64,000 bases of DNA, from assembly GCA_034435015.1 (NCBI GenBank), contig DAOTYH010000080.1, forward strand, positions 7,536 to 71,535, written 5' to 3'. Both the position numbers and the translations under genes were made by a program. Each line of letters begins with the position of its first letter. The first letter of the stretch is position 1. The notes beneath the pieces are model-generated. The model searched no databases and was not told the origin of the DNA. It saw only the letters and a program-made list of their open reading frames with translations. Shown piece by piece: positions 17,422 to 26,686 of this stretch. The DNA is from Anaerolineae bacterium (GTDB lineage Bacteria; Chloroflexota; Anaerolineae; Aggregatilineales; UBA3940).

Positions 17422-18470
17422 GCGGTGCTCTCTATCACTTGCCGGATGGCCTTTACTGTACTGTCAATCCGCTCAGGTGTGATCCAGTAATGGATGACAG
17501 CGCGGAAACTACGCGCATCACGGACATCGAGTTTGATGTTGTACTCTCGTTCCAGAATATCGTAAAGCGCTGGGGCGTCAAGCGGCACAGACTCGTCCAG
17601 CGAGAAGAAGACCATATTTGTCTGCACTTGCTCCAGGTTGAGCTTGATGCCCTTGATTTGCGCGAGGCCCTCAGCCAGCCGGCGGGCGTTGGCATGATCC
17701 TCTCCCAGCCGGGTGGTCATCTTCTCAATGGCGATGATCCCCGCCGCCGCTAGAACGCCAGCCTGACGCATCCCGCCGCCTAACATTTTACGCACACGCC
17801 GCGCACGCGAGATGAACTCAGCGGAGCCGCACAACAGCGAGCCGACCGGCGCACACAGCCCCTTTGACAGGCAAAATGAAACAGAGTCTACCGGCCCAAC
17901 AAGGTCTTTGATATCACAACCCAGAGCAGTAGCGGCATTCCATACGCGTGCACCGTCCAGATGAAGCAACAGTCCGTACTCGTCGCACAGTTCACGTACC
18001 GACTGGGTGTACTCCGCTGTAATCGGCAGGCCCCCTAAGTCTCCCTGCGTGTTCTCCAGTTCAACCAATCGTGTGATGGGACAGTGAACATCAGATGAGT
18101 CACGAATGGCCCGGCGGATGTCATCCAGCGCCAGTGTGCCGTCTGGCTGGATGGGGATGGTGTGTACATGGACTCCTCCCAGCGCCGATGCGCCGCCAAC
18201 CTCCCATTTGAAGGTATGGGCGCTTTTCCCGACGATCATCTCGTCCCCTCGTCCACAGTGGGTCAGTATGGCGATGAGATTCCCCTGTGTACCGCTGGTG
18301 ACAAACAGAGCGGCCTCTTTGCCCATCCGCTCGGCGGCTAGCGCCTCCAGCCGGTTGACGGTTGGATCGTCCCCATGCACATCGTCACCGACCTCGGCGT
18401 TAGCCATTGCTTCACGCATTTCTGGAGTAGGCCATGTTACCGTGTCACTGCGCAGATCAATCGAGTCCAT
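17418..18470 (-). CDS. ltaE: Low-specificity L-threonine aldolase
   Basis: [46 protein letters not shown]. Confidence 0.92.
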   Translation of the reverse strand: MDSIDLRSDTVTWPTPEMREAMANAEVGDDVHGDDPTVNRLEALAAERMGKEAALFVTSGTQGNLIAILTHCGRGDEMIVGKSAHTFKWEVGGASALGGVHVHTIPIQPDGTLALDDIRRAIRDSSDVHCPITRLVELENTQGDLGGLPITAEYTQSVRELCDEYGLLLHLDGARVWNAATALGCDIKDLVGPVDSVSFCLSKGLCAPVGSLLCGSAEFISRARRVRKMLGGGMRQAGVLAAAGIIAIEKMTTRLGEDHANARRLAEGLAQIKGIKLNLEQVQTNMVFFSLDESVPLDAPALYDILEREYNIKLDVRDARSFRAVIHYWITPERIDSTVKAIRQVIESTA

Positions 18471-18500
18471 AGGTTTTTCCTATCCTGTTGCTGATGGGTG

Positions 18501-18525
18501 AAAAAGGGCGGCTCTCAAGCCGCCC
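18501..18525 (-). terminator. Rho-independent terminator after the C-N hydrolase gene
   Basis: Minus strand GGGCGGCT-tgag-AGCCGCCC-TTTTT. Confidence 0.8.
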
Positions 18526-18588
18526 CCTCATGTACAGGTTACTCAGATGCTGTAAGATGTGCCTGCCTGACAGATGCAGGGCCGCTGA

Positions 18589-19482
18589 TCAGTATTTCCG
18601 GACAATGTTACGGTAAACGGTCGGTTGGCGGGCCTGAAGTGTTTGGCGTTGTTCCCGATGTTTCTTGATCTCATCGAGGTCAATGCGAGCCACGCAGTAG
18701 CCCTCGACAAATTTGTCCTTCTTCTCTTTGTCTTTCTCCTTGTCTTTCTCTTTGTCCTTCTCTTTGTCGGCTTCTTCCTTTTCCTCAAGTTCACCCGGAA
18801 GTGAAGCCATGACCTTACCGCGCGGCCCCACGATCATACTCTCGCCCCCAAATTCAAGGGTTACATCCTCGCCCACGCGGTTAGCTCCTGCCACAAAGCA
18901 GGCATTCTCATAGGCGCGTGCCTTAATGAGAGTCTTCCACTCGTCTATCTCGGCCTTCTCCCAGCTTGCCAGCACGCAAAGGATGTCTGCCCCATCCAAC
19001 ACGAGACTGCGGGCTACCTCCGGGAAGGCTAAGTCCCAACCCAGCATGAGACCAATCGTCCCGATCTCCGTGTCGAAGACGGGGAGGCGATACCCCTCGC
19101 GGAAGGCCATACGCTCCTCGCCCTTAAGGTGGATTTTGTGGTAGTCGCCGATCAGTTCTCCGTCCGGGCCAACTAGGACTGCCGCATCATAGAGAATGCT
19201 TTCAACTTTCTCTTTAGCAACCATCCCAAAGCCGATATAGACACCAAGCTGTTGGGCGCGCTGGGCCATCAGGTTGACCGTCGGGCCGGGGATAAGTTGT
19301 GCTACCTGCGTGAACTTGACACCCAGCTCATAACCGCTGGTGACTAACTCGGGGAATAGAATCAGGTCAACCTTCTGCTGGCTGGCGATCTTGGTGACAA
19401 ACTCGGACATCTTGACCAGGTTGTCTTCTACCTCGCCTAGCTTGGGTTTCATCTGGACGGTGGCGACGGTGATCTCGCGCAT
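18589..19482 (-). CDS. Carbon-nitrogen hydrolase (nitrilase-fold) family protein; Gly at the nucleophile position
   Basis: LILFPEL, YHKIHL, GLMLGWDLAFPE, ARAYEN, GESMIVGPRG. Confidence 0.88.
   Translation of the reverse strand: MREITVATVQMKPKLGEVEDNLVKMSEFVTKIASQQKVDLILFPELVTSGYELGVKFTQVAQLIPGPTVNLMAQRAQQLGVYIGFGMVAKEKVESILYDAAVLVGPDGELIGDYHKIHLKGEERMAFREGYRLPVFDTEIGTIGLMLGWDLAFPEVARSLVLDGADILCVLASWEKAEIDEWKTLIKARAYENACFVAGANRVGEDVTLEFGGESMIVGPRGKVMASLPGELEEKEEADKEKDKEKDKEKDKEKKDKFVEGYCVARIDLDEIKKHREQRQTLQARQPTVYRNIVRKY
18721..18768 (-). repeat. 4x 12-bp imperfect tandem repeat encoding (DKEK)4
   Basis: Plus strand cttctctttgtc / tttctccttgtc / tttctctttgtc / cttctctttgtc. Confidence 0.9.
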
Positions 19483-19633
19483 GAATGCTCCTTAAGATGT
19501 TTCCGCAAAAATCGTGTGAACTGTAGCTAAATCCAGCCCAACTGTCAAGCGGCAGATGACCTGCGCCATCTGCTAGCCTACCCTGAGCGGTGTGGTATAC
19601 TGAGCCACACACAACGTACACAGGGAAGCCAGC

Positions 19634-20572
19634 ATGTCGCCTGACCATGAATTCGCGTCAGAAGTAGTGATCTGCCCCCTCACTTTTCTGCAGACCTGCC
19701 AATCAGCCAAGGTTGTGATTGACTCACTGCTAGAGCAGGATTCTTCCGTACAGCGGCATATGGGGGAGCTGGGGATGTTTGGGGCGTTGGCTGTCCGGAC
19801 TGCAATCCCCCTTTACTACCACTGGCTGACATCCGGCTATGGTGCTTTTTCAGGAGAACAGCCTGTCGGCTGGCTTTATCTGCGCGGATGGAATCAGATG
19901 CTCTACATCCAGACACTAGCCGTGCACCCTGACTGGCGGCACAAGGGGATCGGAACTGCTCTGATGCATTTTGCTGAACAGCAGGCCCGTGAGTTACACC
20001 GCCCATGGCTGGGACTCAGAGTGTCGCTCAAAAACCAGCCGGCCATACAACTGTATGAATCGCTGGGATACCGCCGGGGGCCTTGGCGTGTCATGCAGAG
20101 AGAAGAGATGCCGCCGGAGTGGCCTGAGTCCAGCCGCGCGGTTCAATTGCGCCCATTGGCGGGTTTGGCCGCCCTTCAAGCTTATAGCCGTTTCTCTCGC
20201 CTCGACCTGACAGCCGGGGATGCTTGGGCGGCTGAGGTACTGGACAACTTCGTAAAGGCAGACTTCCAGTGGTGGTCTTGCCGGCACTGGCTGGTTATAT
20301 CTGAGGGTCAACCTGTTGCCTGTCTGAGCAGATGTAAAAGGGATTCGGGAGCAGATTTGCGGCTGGCAAGCGAGGCCGACTGGTGGGGAAGTCCGCAAGA
20401 GGTGGAGGCTATCCGTTTAGCCCTGCGCTCTTCTGATCGACTCTCACGCATCACTGTACAGACAGCCAGCAACGGACATCATGAGGTCTTATGCTCAAGG
20501 CTAGAGCCGCTAGGCTTTGTGGAGCGGCCAGCAACCACGGCCAGGATGGTCAAACACTTAGGGGACAACTAA
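19634..20572 (+). CDS. GNAT family N-acetyltransferase (probably tandem domains, the second degenerate)
   Basis: LAVHPDWRHKGIGTALM and NQPAIQLYESLGY. An extended -10 TGGTATACT lies at 19593-19601. Confidence 0.85.
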   Translation: MSPDHEFASEVVICPLTFLQTCQSAKVVIDSLLEQDSSVQRHMGELGMFGALAVRTAIPLYYHWLTSGYGAFSGEQPVGWLYLRGWNQMLYIQTLAVHPDWRHKGIGTALMHFAEQQARELHRPWLGLRVSLKNQPAIQLYESLGYRRGPWRVMQREEMPPEWPESSRAVQLRPLAGLAALQAYSRFSRLDLTAGDAWAAEVLDNFVKADFQWWSCRHWLVISEGQPVACLSRCKRDSGADLRLASEADWWGSPQEVEAIRLALRSSDRLSRITVQTASNGHHEVLCSRLEPLGFVERPATTARMVKHLGDN

Positions 20573-20597
20573 GCTATCCAGCGGAGGTCAGACCCGA

Positions 20598-21365
20598 ATG
20601 ACAAACGAGGCGGTCTTCATTGGGATTGAGCTGGCTGGGGGGCGTTCTATCACTTACGCTGTCCTGAATGCCCGTTTGCAAATCGAAAAGAAGGGGGTCC
20701 TGCCGCTTGATGACCTGGTCGAGGCCATACTGACTTACCCGCTTGCTGTGTGTGCTGTCAACGCACCGATAGGACCTAGCCGGGGGTTGCTGTCTGATCC
20801 GAACATCCGCGAACGGCTCGGTCTAGACCCGGAACTTGCTACCTTTACCCAGCACCGAGTGTGTGAGTATGAACTCAAGCGGCGCGGTCTCAATATCTAT
20901 AACACGCCATCCGATCCTCTTACAGCCCCTCATTGGATGCAGGTTGGCTGGCAACTCTACAATCGACTGCGCCGGGCCGGCTATGTTGAGTATCCCCGCT
21001 CCGGCACACGCCGCATGCTCGAAACATACCCCCCGGCGGCGTTCGCAACCTTTGCCGGACGGCGGCCTTATAGCAAGCGGAGCGTAGAAGGACGCCTGCA
21101 ACGTCAGATCATCTTAGATGAGGCGGGCGTCAAAGTGCCTAATGCGATGAATTTCCTTGAGGAGTGGACTCGTCATCGGATTATGACAGGCCAGCTTAAT
21201 GTTGACCGCACTGATCAGTTGTTTGCCCCCAATACGCTGGATGCGCTGATAGCCGCCTATACGGCCTATCTGGTTGAGAATGAACCACTGCGCACCATTG
21301 CAATTGGCGATGTTCTTGAGGGGCAGATCGTACTGCCAGCCGGCGAGCTGAAGGACTCGTATTGA
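20598..21365 (+). CDS. DUF429-like (predicted RNase H-fold) protein
   Basis: FIGIELAG, AVNAPIG, R-x-C-E-x-x-L, LETYP, LDALIAAYTA pattern. Confidence 0.7.
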   Translation: MTNEAVFIGIELAGGRSITYAVLNARLQIEKKGVLPLDDLVEAILTYPLAVCAVNAPIGPSRGLLSDPNIRERLGLDPELATFTQHRVCEYELKRRGLNIYNTPSDPLTAPHWMQVGWQLYNRLRRAGYVEYPRSGTRRMLETYPPAAFATFAGRRPYSKRSVEGRLQRQIILDEAGVKVPNAMNFLEEWTRHRIMTGQLNVDRTDQLFAPNTLDALIAAYTAYLVENEPLRTIAIGDVLEGQIVLPAGELKDSY

Positions 21366-21382
21366 GCAGAGGCTGGCTTCCT

Positions 21383-21910
21383 TTAACTGCGCCCCAGCCC
21401 CAAAAAACCGCGCCATACACTGCGTGCCTCTTCGACAGTTACAAAGGACTTGGGGTCAGCCTCCTGTGCGATCTTCACAATAGCTGGAACATCCCTCCGC
21501 CGAACCACAGCCCAGATTAACCCTACCGTCCCCGACGATCCCTCGCCCGATGTGCGTGTCGCTCCGAAGCCTGCGGCGCGGATAGCTTGTGCTATCTGCA
21601 ATGATTTGCCTAGAGAGACAATGTTGACTGTGGCAAAACCCGCCCCTACCCGTTCTTCGATCAGCATACCCGCCCATGTGCCAGCGGAGAATCCGAGACA
21701 ATAAGCGCCTAGATTCCACAAGTTGCTGAGATCACGTGCTACCTGCCCAAACGTCAGGGCGAAGGTAAGCGCTTCAACAAAAGCCAGCAGGGCTACCAAT
21801 ATCCTGTTTGATCGCCCCATGATCAGCAGACGAACGGTTGATATAGAGATGCTCAAGACCCGTACAACAAAAATGATCAGTGCACTAATAACGACATTAT
21901 CCGACAGCAT
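21383..21910 (-). CDS. UPF0316 (DUF5698/DUF2179) membrane protein
   Basis: RVLSISISTVR, AFVEAL, YCLGFSAGTWAGMLIEER, DPKSFVTVEE. Confidence 0.8.
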   Translation of the reverse strand: MLSDNVVISALIIFVVRVLSISISTVRLLIMGRSNRILVALLAFVEALTFALTFGQVARDLSNLWNLGAYCLGFSAGTWAGMLIEERVGAGFATVNIVSLGKSLQIAQAIRAAGFGATRTSGEGSSGTVGLIWAVVRRRDVPAIVKIAQEADPKSFVTVEEARSVWRGFLGLGRS

Positions 21911-21956
21911 TTTTCAACATCCCCGATAAGAGTGTTTCCCTGCCATGAAACCAAAG

Positions 21957-21979
21957 GCCGGGTAACCTGCATACCCGGC
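21957..21979 (-). terminator. Hairpin downstream of the aminotransferase
   Basis: GCCGGGTA-acctgca-TACCCGGC, followed on the minus strand by CTTTGGTTTC. Confidence 0.5.
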
Positions 21980-22011
21980 TCAGGTAGGCTGACTGACGCA
22001 AGCAGAGTTAT

Positions 22012-23172
22012 CTACCCATGGCGGCGCATGAAGCGCCCGATTCGCTCTAGGGCCTGCTCGATCTTTTCATAGGCAGTAGCATAAGAGCAACGTACAAAGC
22101 CAACCCCGCTTGGGCCAAAAGCCCGCCCCGGTATGACCGCTACACATTCCTCTTGAAGGAGCTTCTCGGCAAAGGTTTCATCGTCCATGCCGGAAGCCGC
22201 GACAGAAGGGAAGGCATAGAAAGCGCCATGCGGGTCAAAGGTTTGTAACCCAAGCTGATTCAGACCGTCAACGATGAGACGGCGGCGGCGATTATACTCG
22301 GCCCTCATCTCTTCTACAAATGGCTGTCCGGCCTCCAAAGCGGCCAGCGCGGCAACCTGTGCTGTGGTCGGTGCCGACATGATCGTGTACTGGTGTATCT
22401 TACGCATGGCGGCTAGTAAGTCAGGCGGGGCGGCGGCATAGCCGATGCGCCAGCCCGTCATGGCATAGTCTTTAGAGAATCCGCCCAGTGTGATTGTCCG
22501 CTCACGCATCCCCGGCAGGCTGGCAAAGCAGATGTGCTCTACGCCGTAAACGAGCTGATCGTAAATCTCGTCAGAGATTACTACCAGATCATGTTTCTCG
22601 GCCACGCCGGCTGCTTCCAGCAGGCGCTCGCGGCTCATGACTGCCCCTGTAGGGTTGTTAGGATAACCAATGAGGATACCCTTAGTCCTAGGCGTGACAG
22701 CCGATTCAATAGCCGAGCCGGTCACCTGGAAACCATCCTGTACGTGAGTTGGCACAGTGACAGGTACTCCGCCTGCCAGTGCAACCTCCGGGGTATAAGA
22801 TACAAAACATGGCTCTGGCACGATGAACTCATCACCCGGATCAATCACGGCGTTGAGTGCCAGATACAGTGCCTCTGATACCCCAACTGTGATGACGATC
22901 TCGTGCTCAGGATCGTAGCTGACCCCGTACAGCCGCTCAAGATGGGCGCTGATGGCCTGTCGAAGCTCGAAGATACCGGAGTTTGAAGTGTAGTGAGTAT
23001 CCCCTCTCTGTAGGGAGGCAATGCCAGCCCGCAGGATAGGCTCAGGTGTGACAAAATCCGGCTCGCCAATGCCCAACGAGATCACGTCGCTCATGGTGGC
23101 GGCGATGTCAAAGAACTTACGGATGCCAGAGGGGGGAATGCTCTGTACGCGGCGCGATACAAAGTCACGCAT
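22012..23172 (-). CDS. PLP-dependent aminotransferase class I/II
   Basis: GIGEPDF, YPNNPTG, ISDEIY, GFSKDYAMTGWRIGY. Confidence 0.92.
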   Translation of the reverse strand: MRDFVSRRVQSIPPSGIRKFFDIAATMSDVISLGIGEPDFVTPEPILRAGIASLQRGDTHYTSNSGIFELRQAISAHLERLYGVSYDPEHEIVITVGVSEALYLALNAVIDPGDEFIVPEPCFVSYTPEVALAGGVPVTVPTHVQDGFQVTGSAIESAVTPRTKGILIGYPNNPTGAVMSRERLLEAAGVAEKHDLVVISDEIYDQLVYGVEHICFASLPGMRERTITLGGFSKDYAMTGWRIGYAAAPPDLLAAMRKIHQYTIMSAPTTAQVAALAALEAGQPFVEEMRAEYNRRRRLIVDGLNQLGLQTFDPHGAFYAFPSVAASGMDDETFAEKLLQEECVAVIPGRAFGPSGVGFVRCSYATAYEKIEQALERIGRFMRRHG

Positions 23173-23183
23173 AGGCGCTCTCC

Positions 23184-24170
23184 TTAGCCGAAATCAATAG
23201 AGGACTCATCGCCGACGTTGAGGGTCATATAACGCCCTGTGACCCTTGCCTCACGCCCGATCAGTGACTGATCCATGATAATGTTGCGAACTGATGCGCC
23301 ATCTTCGATAATCGCATCCCGGATGACGCTATGGCTGATGTGGCACTCCGCTCCTACTGTCACGTAGGGGCCGATGACAGCCTGATCGAAGCGAGCCGCC
23401 GGGTGAATGTTGACAGGCGGGATGACCAATACACCCGGCTGTTTGACTGTCGAACTGTTGTCGTGGCCGTGCTCCAGCAGGTAGCGGTTGGTTTCGAGAA
23501 CCGTTTCCGGCTTGCCGCAGTCGAGCCACACATCTACCGGTTGCGTTCGGAATACCGCCCCCTGCTCGATCATGATCTGGAAGGCGTCGGCGATATAGTA
23601 TTCGCCTTTTGTCATCCGGCCCGTTGACATCTGGGTTTCGATGGCTCGGAGCATCCTCTCAGCCTCACGGATGTAATACAGGCCGATAATGACATTCTTG
23701 TTATCCATCCCTTCCGGTTTTTCAACAAAGCGGGTAACCCGCCCTGTCGAGTCCACCTCAACAACACCGAATCGCCGAGGGTCTTCGACCTGCTTGACAA
23801 AGGCCAGTGCATCAGCATCGGTGGTGTGGATCGCGCTCAGATCGGCGTAGAACAGTGTGTCGGCAAAAACGAGAATGGTCGGCCCTTCAAGGTGTTCACG
23901 TGCCAGATAGATGGCAGGTGACTGACCGGTCAGCTCCTTTTGCACCACATAGGCCGCCTTGATAGGGTAGTGAGCTGAGATGTATTCCTCTATCTGATCG
24001 CCGAGGTGGCCGACAATAAAGATGTACTCCTCTGGTTCCAGCACAGCCAACGCATCCAGCAGATGCTTGAGCATCGGAGCACCAGCAACAGTGATGAGCG
24101 GCTTGGGGCGGCTGAAGGTATGAGGGCGCAGCCGTTTGCCATAGCCTGCCATTGGGATAATGACTTTCAT
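23184..24170 (-). CDS. Sugar-phosphate nucleotidyltransferase (glucose-1-phosphate thymidylyltransferase-like)
   Basis: IPMAGYGKRLRPHTFSRPKPL, FVEKP, WLDCGKPE, and a C-terminal left-handed beta-helix. Confidence 0.88.
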   Translation of the reverse strand: MKVIIPMAGYGKRLRPHTFSRPKPLITVAGAPMLKHLLDALAVLEPEEYIFIVGHLGDQIEEYISAHYPIKAAYVVQKELTGQSPAIYLAREHLEGPTILVFADTLFYADLSAIHTTDADALAFVKQVEDPRRFGVVEVDSTGRVTRFVEKPEGMDNKNVIIGLYYIREAERMLRAIETQMSTGRMTKGEYYIADAFQIMIEQGAVFRTQPVDVWLDCGKPETVLETNRYLLEHGHDNSSTVKQPGVLVIPPVNIHPAARFDQAVIGPYVTVGAECHISHSVIRDAIIEDGASVRNIIMDQSLIGREARVTGRYMTLNVGDESSIDFG

Positions 24171-24266
24171 ACCTTTTCATGCTCTCCTGGTAGCTTGAGC
24201 CAGACAGAATGGTATAATGTGCTCAACGCTTTGCTGACCTTACTCAACAGAGAGGCCTTTTCATTG

Positions 24267-24980
24267 ATGGCAGAAAGCTTGACCGGCGTTGAGCAGGTGA
24301 TCAAGCAGTTGACAGGACATCCCCCCAGAATACTCTTTGTTCTGGCGGGGCCGTCTGGTGTCGGTAAGAATACCATTATCAGGAAGCTGCTGGCAAACCA
24401 CGCTGGCCAGATGGAACGTGTCCGCACCTATACGACCCGCAGTCCCCGTGAAGATGAGGTAGAGGGTGAGCAGTATCACTTTGTCTCACCAGAGCAATTT
24501 AGAGAACTGGCGCTTGCAGGCAGGCTGATGGAAGCAGACCGGGACAGCGTAGGCCATGATGTCTATGGGTTAGGACATGTTTACAGTATGCCCAGTGACC
24601 TGTTCGAGGAAATACCACCGGATAAGCATCTGGTCATTGCGGAAGTAGATATTCATGGGATGCGGCGGATCAAGGAACGCTACCCTGACAGTGTAACTAT
24701 CTTTGTCACCGCCCCGCCCCTAGATTTGCTCCAACGCATCCGTGTGCGGCGTGACAGCGAGATGGATGCTGAAGCCTTATCCAAACGGATGCAAACCGCT
24801 CAGGAACAAATCCAGGCCGCCAAGGAGTTCGACTACGTGATCTTCAACCAGGAGGATCAGCTAGACGAAACAATTCAGGCCATTGAGGCCATTATTCTGG
24901 CTGAACGGGAGCGCGTGCGTCCGGGCTTCAACCTTGAGGCAACCGTGCCTGAAGAAGCTTTTCTCCTGTCTCTAAAATAG
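24267..24980 (+). CDS. gmk: Guanylate kinase
   Basis: LAGPSGVGKNT, TTRSPREDEVEGEQYHF, FDYVIFN. The ORF-track start at 24006 overlaps the divergent gene; ATG 24267 follows an extended -10 TGGTATAAT (24210-24218). Confidence 0.88.
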   Translation: MAESLTGVEQVIKQLTGHPPRILFVLAGPSGVGKNTIIRKLLANHAGQMERVRTYTTRSPREDEVEGEQYHFVSPEQFRELALAGRLMEADRDSVGHDVYGLGHVYSMPSDLFEEIPPDKHLVIAEVDIHGMRRIKERYPDSVTIFVTAPPLDLLQRIRVRRDSEMDAEALSKRMQTAQEQIQAAKEFDYVIFNQEDQLDETIQAIEAIILAERERVRPGFNLEATVPEEAFLLSLK

Positions 24981-25033
24981 CGGAGCCTCTTCCTTCCCTG
25001 AGAGTACTCCTACCATGAGACCTCTGGCGGGTT

Positions 25034-26686
25034 ATGGCAGTCATTGAGTCTGATCCAATCACCCTAGAAATATTTAAACACCTGTTTGCCTCAGTGGCTG
25101 AGGAAATGGGCGTTACGCTGGGGCGGACAGCCTATTCGCCCAATATCAAAGAGCGTCGTGACTATTCGTGCGCCGTCTTCTTAGGGGATGGCAGGATGCT
25201 GGCCCAAGCCGCTCATATCCCCGTACATCTGGGGGCGATGCCTGCCTCAGTGCAGACGGCTATTCAGTGTTGTGCCCCTTTTGCGCCCGGTGACCTCGTT
25301 GCACTCAACAACCCCTATATGGGCGGCACCCATCTGCCGGACATCACACTTGTCTCTCCTGTGTTCCTTCCTGCTGGAGAGTTACCTTCATCGAGGAGTG
25401 CTGTTCCAGATGAGCCTCTTTTCTTTGTGGCGTCGCGGGCGCATCATGCCGACATAGGCGGCATGACCCCCGGCTCGATGCCAGTTGCTACTGAACTCTA
25501 TCAGGAGGGGTTGATCATCCCCCCTATCAAGCTGGTGGAGGCAGGGCATGTCAATCAGGCGGCCCTTGATCTGATCGTGAGCAACTCGCGTACTCCCGCT
25601 GAGCGGCGCGGCGACTTGGCCGCCCAGCGGGCGGCACATGAGGTTGGAACACGGCGGCTGTTGGAGATCATAGCCCATTATGGATTGGAGGAGGTTAATC
25701 GGCAGGCCCATGTCTTACTCGCTTATGCCGAGCGGTTGACCCGTGCCATGTTGTCTGAACTCCCAGAAGGGGTCTACACCTTCGAGGATGTGCTGGATGA
25801 CGACGGCATCTCGCCTGACCCAATCCCAATTCGGGTAAAAATCTCCATTCGCGGGGGTGAGATGGTAATTGATTTCACTGGCTCAGCCCCGGCGGTTACT
25901 GGTTCGGTCAACGCTGTGAGTGCCATTGTCCATTCAGCGGTAGGATATGTTATCCGATGTGTTGTAGGCGCGAGCCTGCCTGCCAATCAGGGAGTTTTCG
26001 CTCCTCTCCATGTCATAGTGCCGCCTGACAGCGTGCTCGACGCCGGTCCACCGCATGCGGTCGCGGGGGGGAACGTAGAGACCTCCATGCGCATTGTGGA
26101 TGTCTTGTACGGGGCGCTGGCAAAGGCCATGCCGGGCCGTATTCCGGCGGCCAGCCAGGGGACGATGAACAATCTCTCGTTTGGCGGCGTTGATCCGCGC
26201 ACAGGCCGTCCCTTTGCTTACTATGAAACAATTGGCGGCGGAGGCGGTGCAGGCCCTCACACCGACGGCCTCAGCGGACGGCATGCCCACATGACCAATA
26301 CCCTCAACACACCGGTCGAAGCACTTGAGTTTGCATTGCCTATCCGCGTTCGGCGCTATGCCCTGCGGCGCGGATCAGGCGGCGCAGGAAAGCATCGCGG
26401 CGGTGACGGACTGATCCGTGAGATCGAGTTCCTCACACCCGCTCATGTCACGATCCTTTCAGAAAGGCGCAGGCGGGGGCCTTACGGGCTGGCGGGTGGT
26501 CTGCCGGGCAAGCCTGGGCGGAATCTCCTGTTCCGGGCAGACGGCTCGCCGGCGCAGGAATTGCCTGGAAAAGTCACTTTCGATGTCGCCGCCGGCGACC
26601 TGTTGAGCATCCAAACGCCCGGCGGCGGGGGGTGGGGCATCCCACAGACAGGAGAACCTGAACATGGCCGCGATTCACATTCGTAA
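25034..26686 (+). CDS. Hydantoinase B/5-oxoprolinase family protein
   Basis: RTAYSPNIKERRDYSCA, HIPVHLG, NNPYMGGTHLPD, RAHHADIGGMTPGS, TPGGGGWG. Confidence 0.92.
   Translation: MAVIESDPITLEIFKHLFASVAEEMGVTLGRTAYSPNIKERRDYSCAVFLGDGRMLAQAAHIPVHLGAMPASVQTAIQCCAPFAPGDLVALNNPYMGGTHLPDITLVSPVFLPAGELPSSRSAVPDEPLFFVASRAHHADIGGMTPGSMPVATELYQEGLIIPPIKLVEAGHVNQAALDLIVSNSRTPAERRGDLAAQRAAHEVGTRRLLEIIAHYGLEEVNRQAHVLLAYAERLTRAMLSELPEGVYTFEDVLDDDGISPDPIPIRVKISIRGGEMVIDFTGSAPAVTGSVNAVSAIVHSAVGYVIRCVVGASLPANQGVFAPLHVIVPPDSVLDAGPPHAVAGGNVETSMRIVDVLYGALAKAMPGRIPAASQGTMNNLSFGGVDPRTGRPFAYYETIGGGGGAGPHTDGLSGRHAHMTNTLNTPVEALEFALPIRVRRYALRRGSGGAGKHRGGDGLIREIEFLTPAHVTILSERRRRGPYGLAGGLPGKPGRNLLFRADGSPAQELPGKVTFDVAAGDLLSIQTPGGGGWGIPQTGEPEHGRDSHS

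Noticed and set aside
19552-19573. 7-bp inverted repeat GCAGATG-N8-CATCTGC in the nitrilase/GNAT divergent gap
   Set aside because: Short enough to arise by chance, with no second copy or cognate regulator visible.
24006-24266. N-terminal extension on guanylate kinase in the ORF track
   Set aside because: It overlaps the divergent nucleotidyltransferase gene; the promoter and RBS support a start at about 24267.
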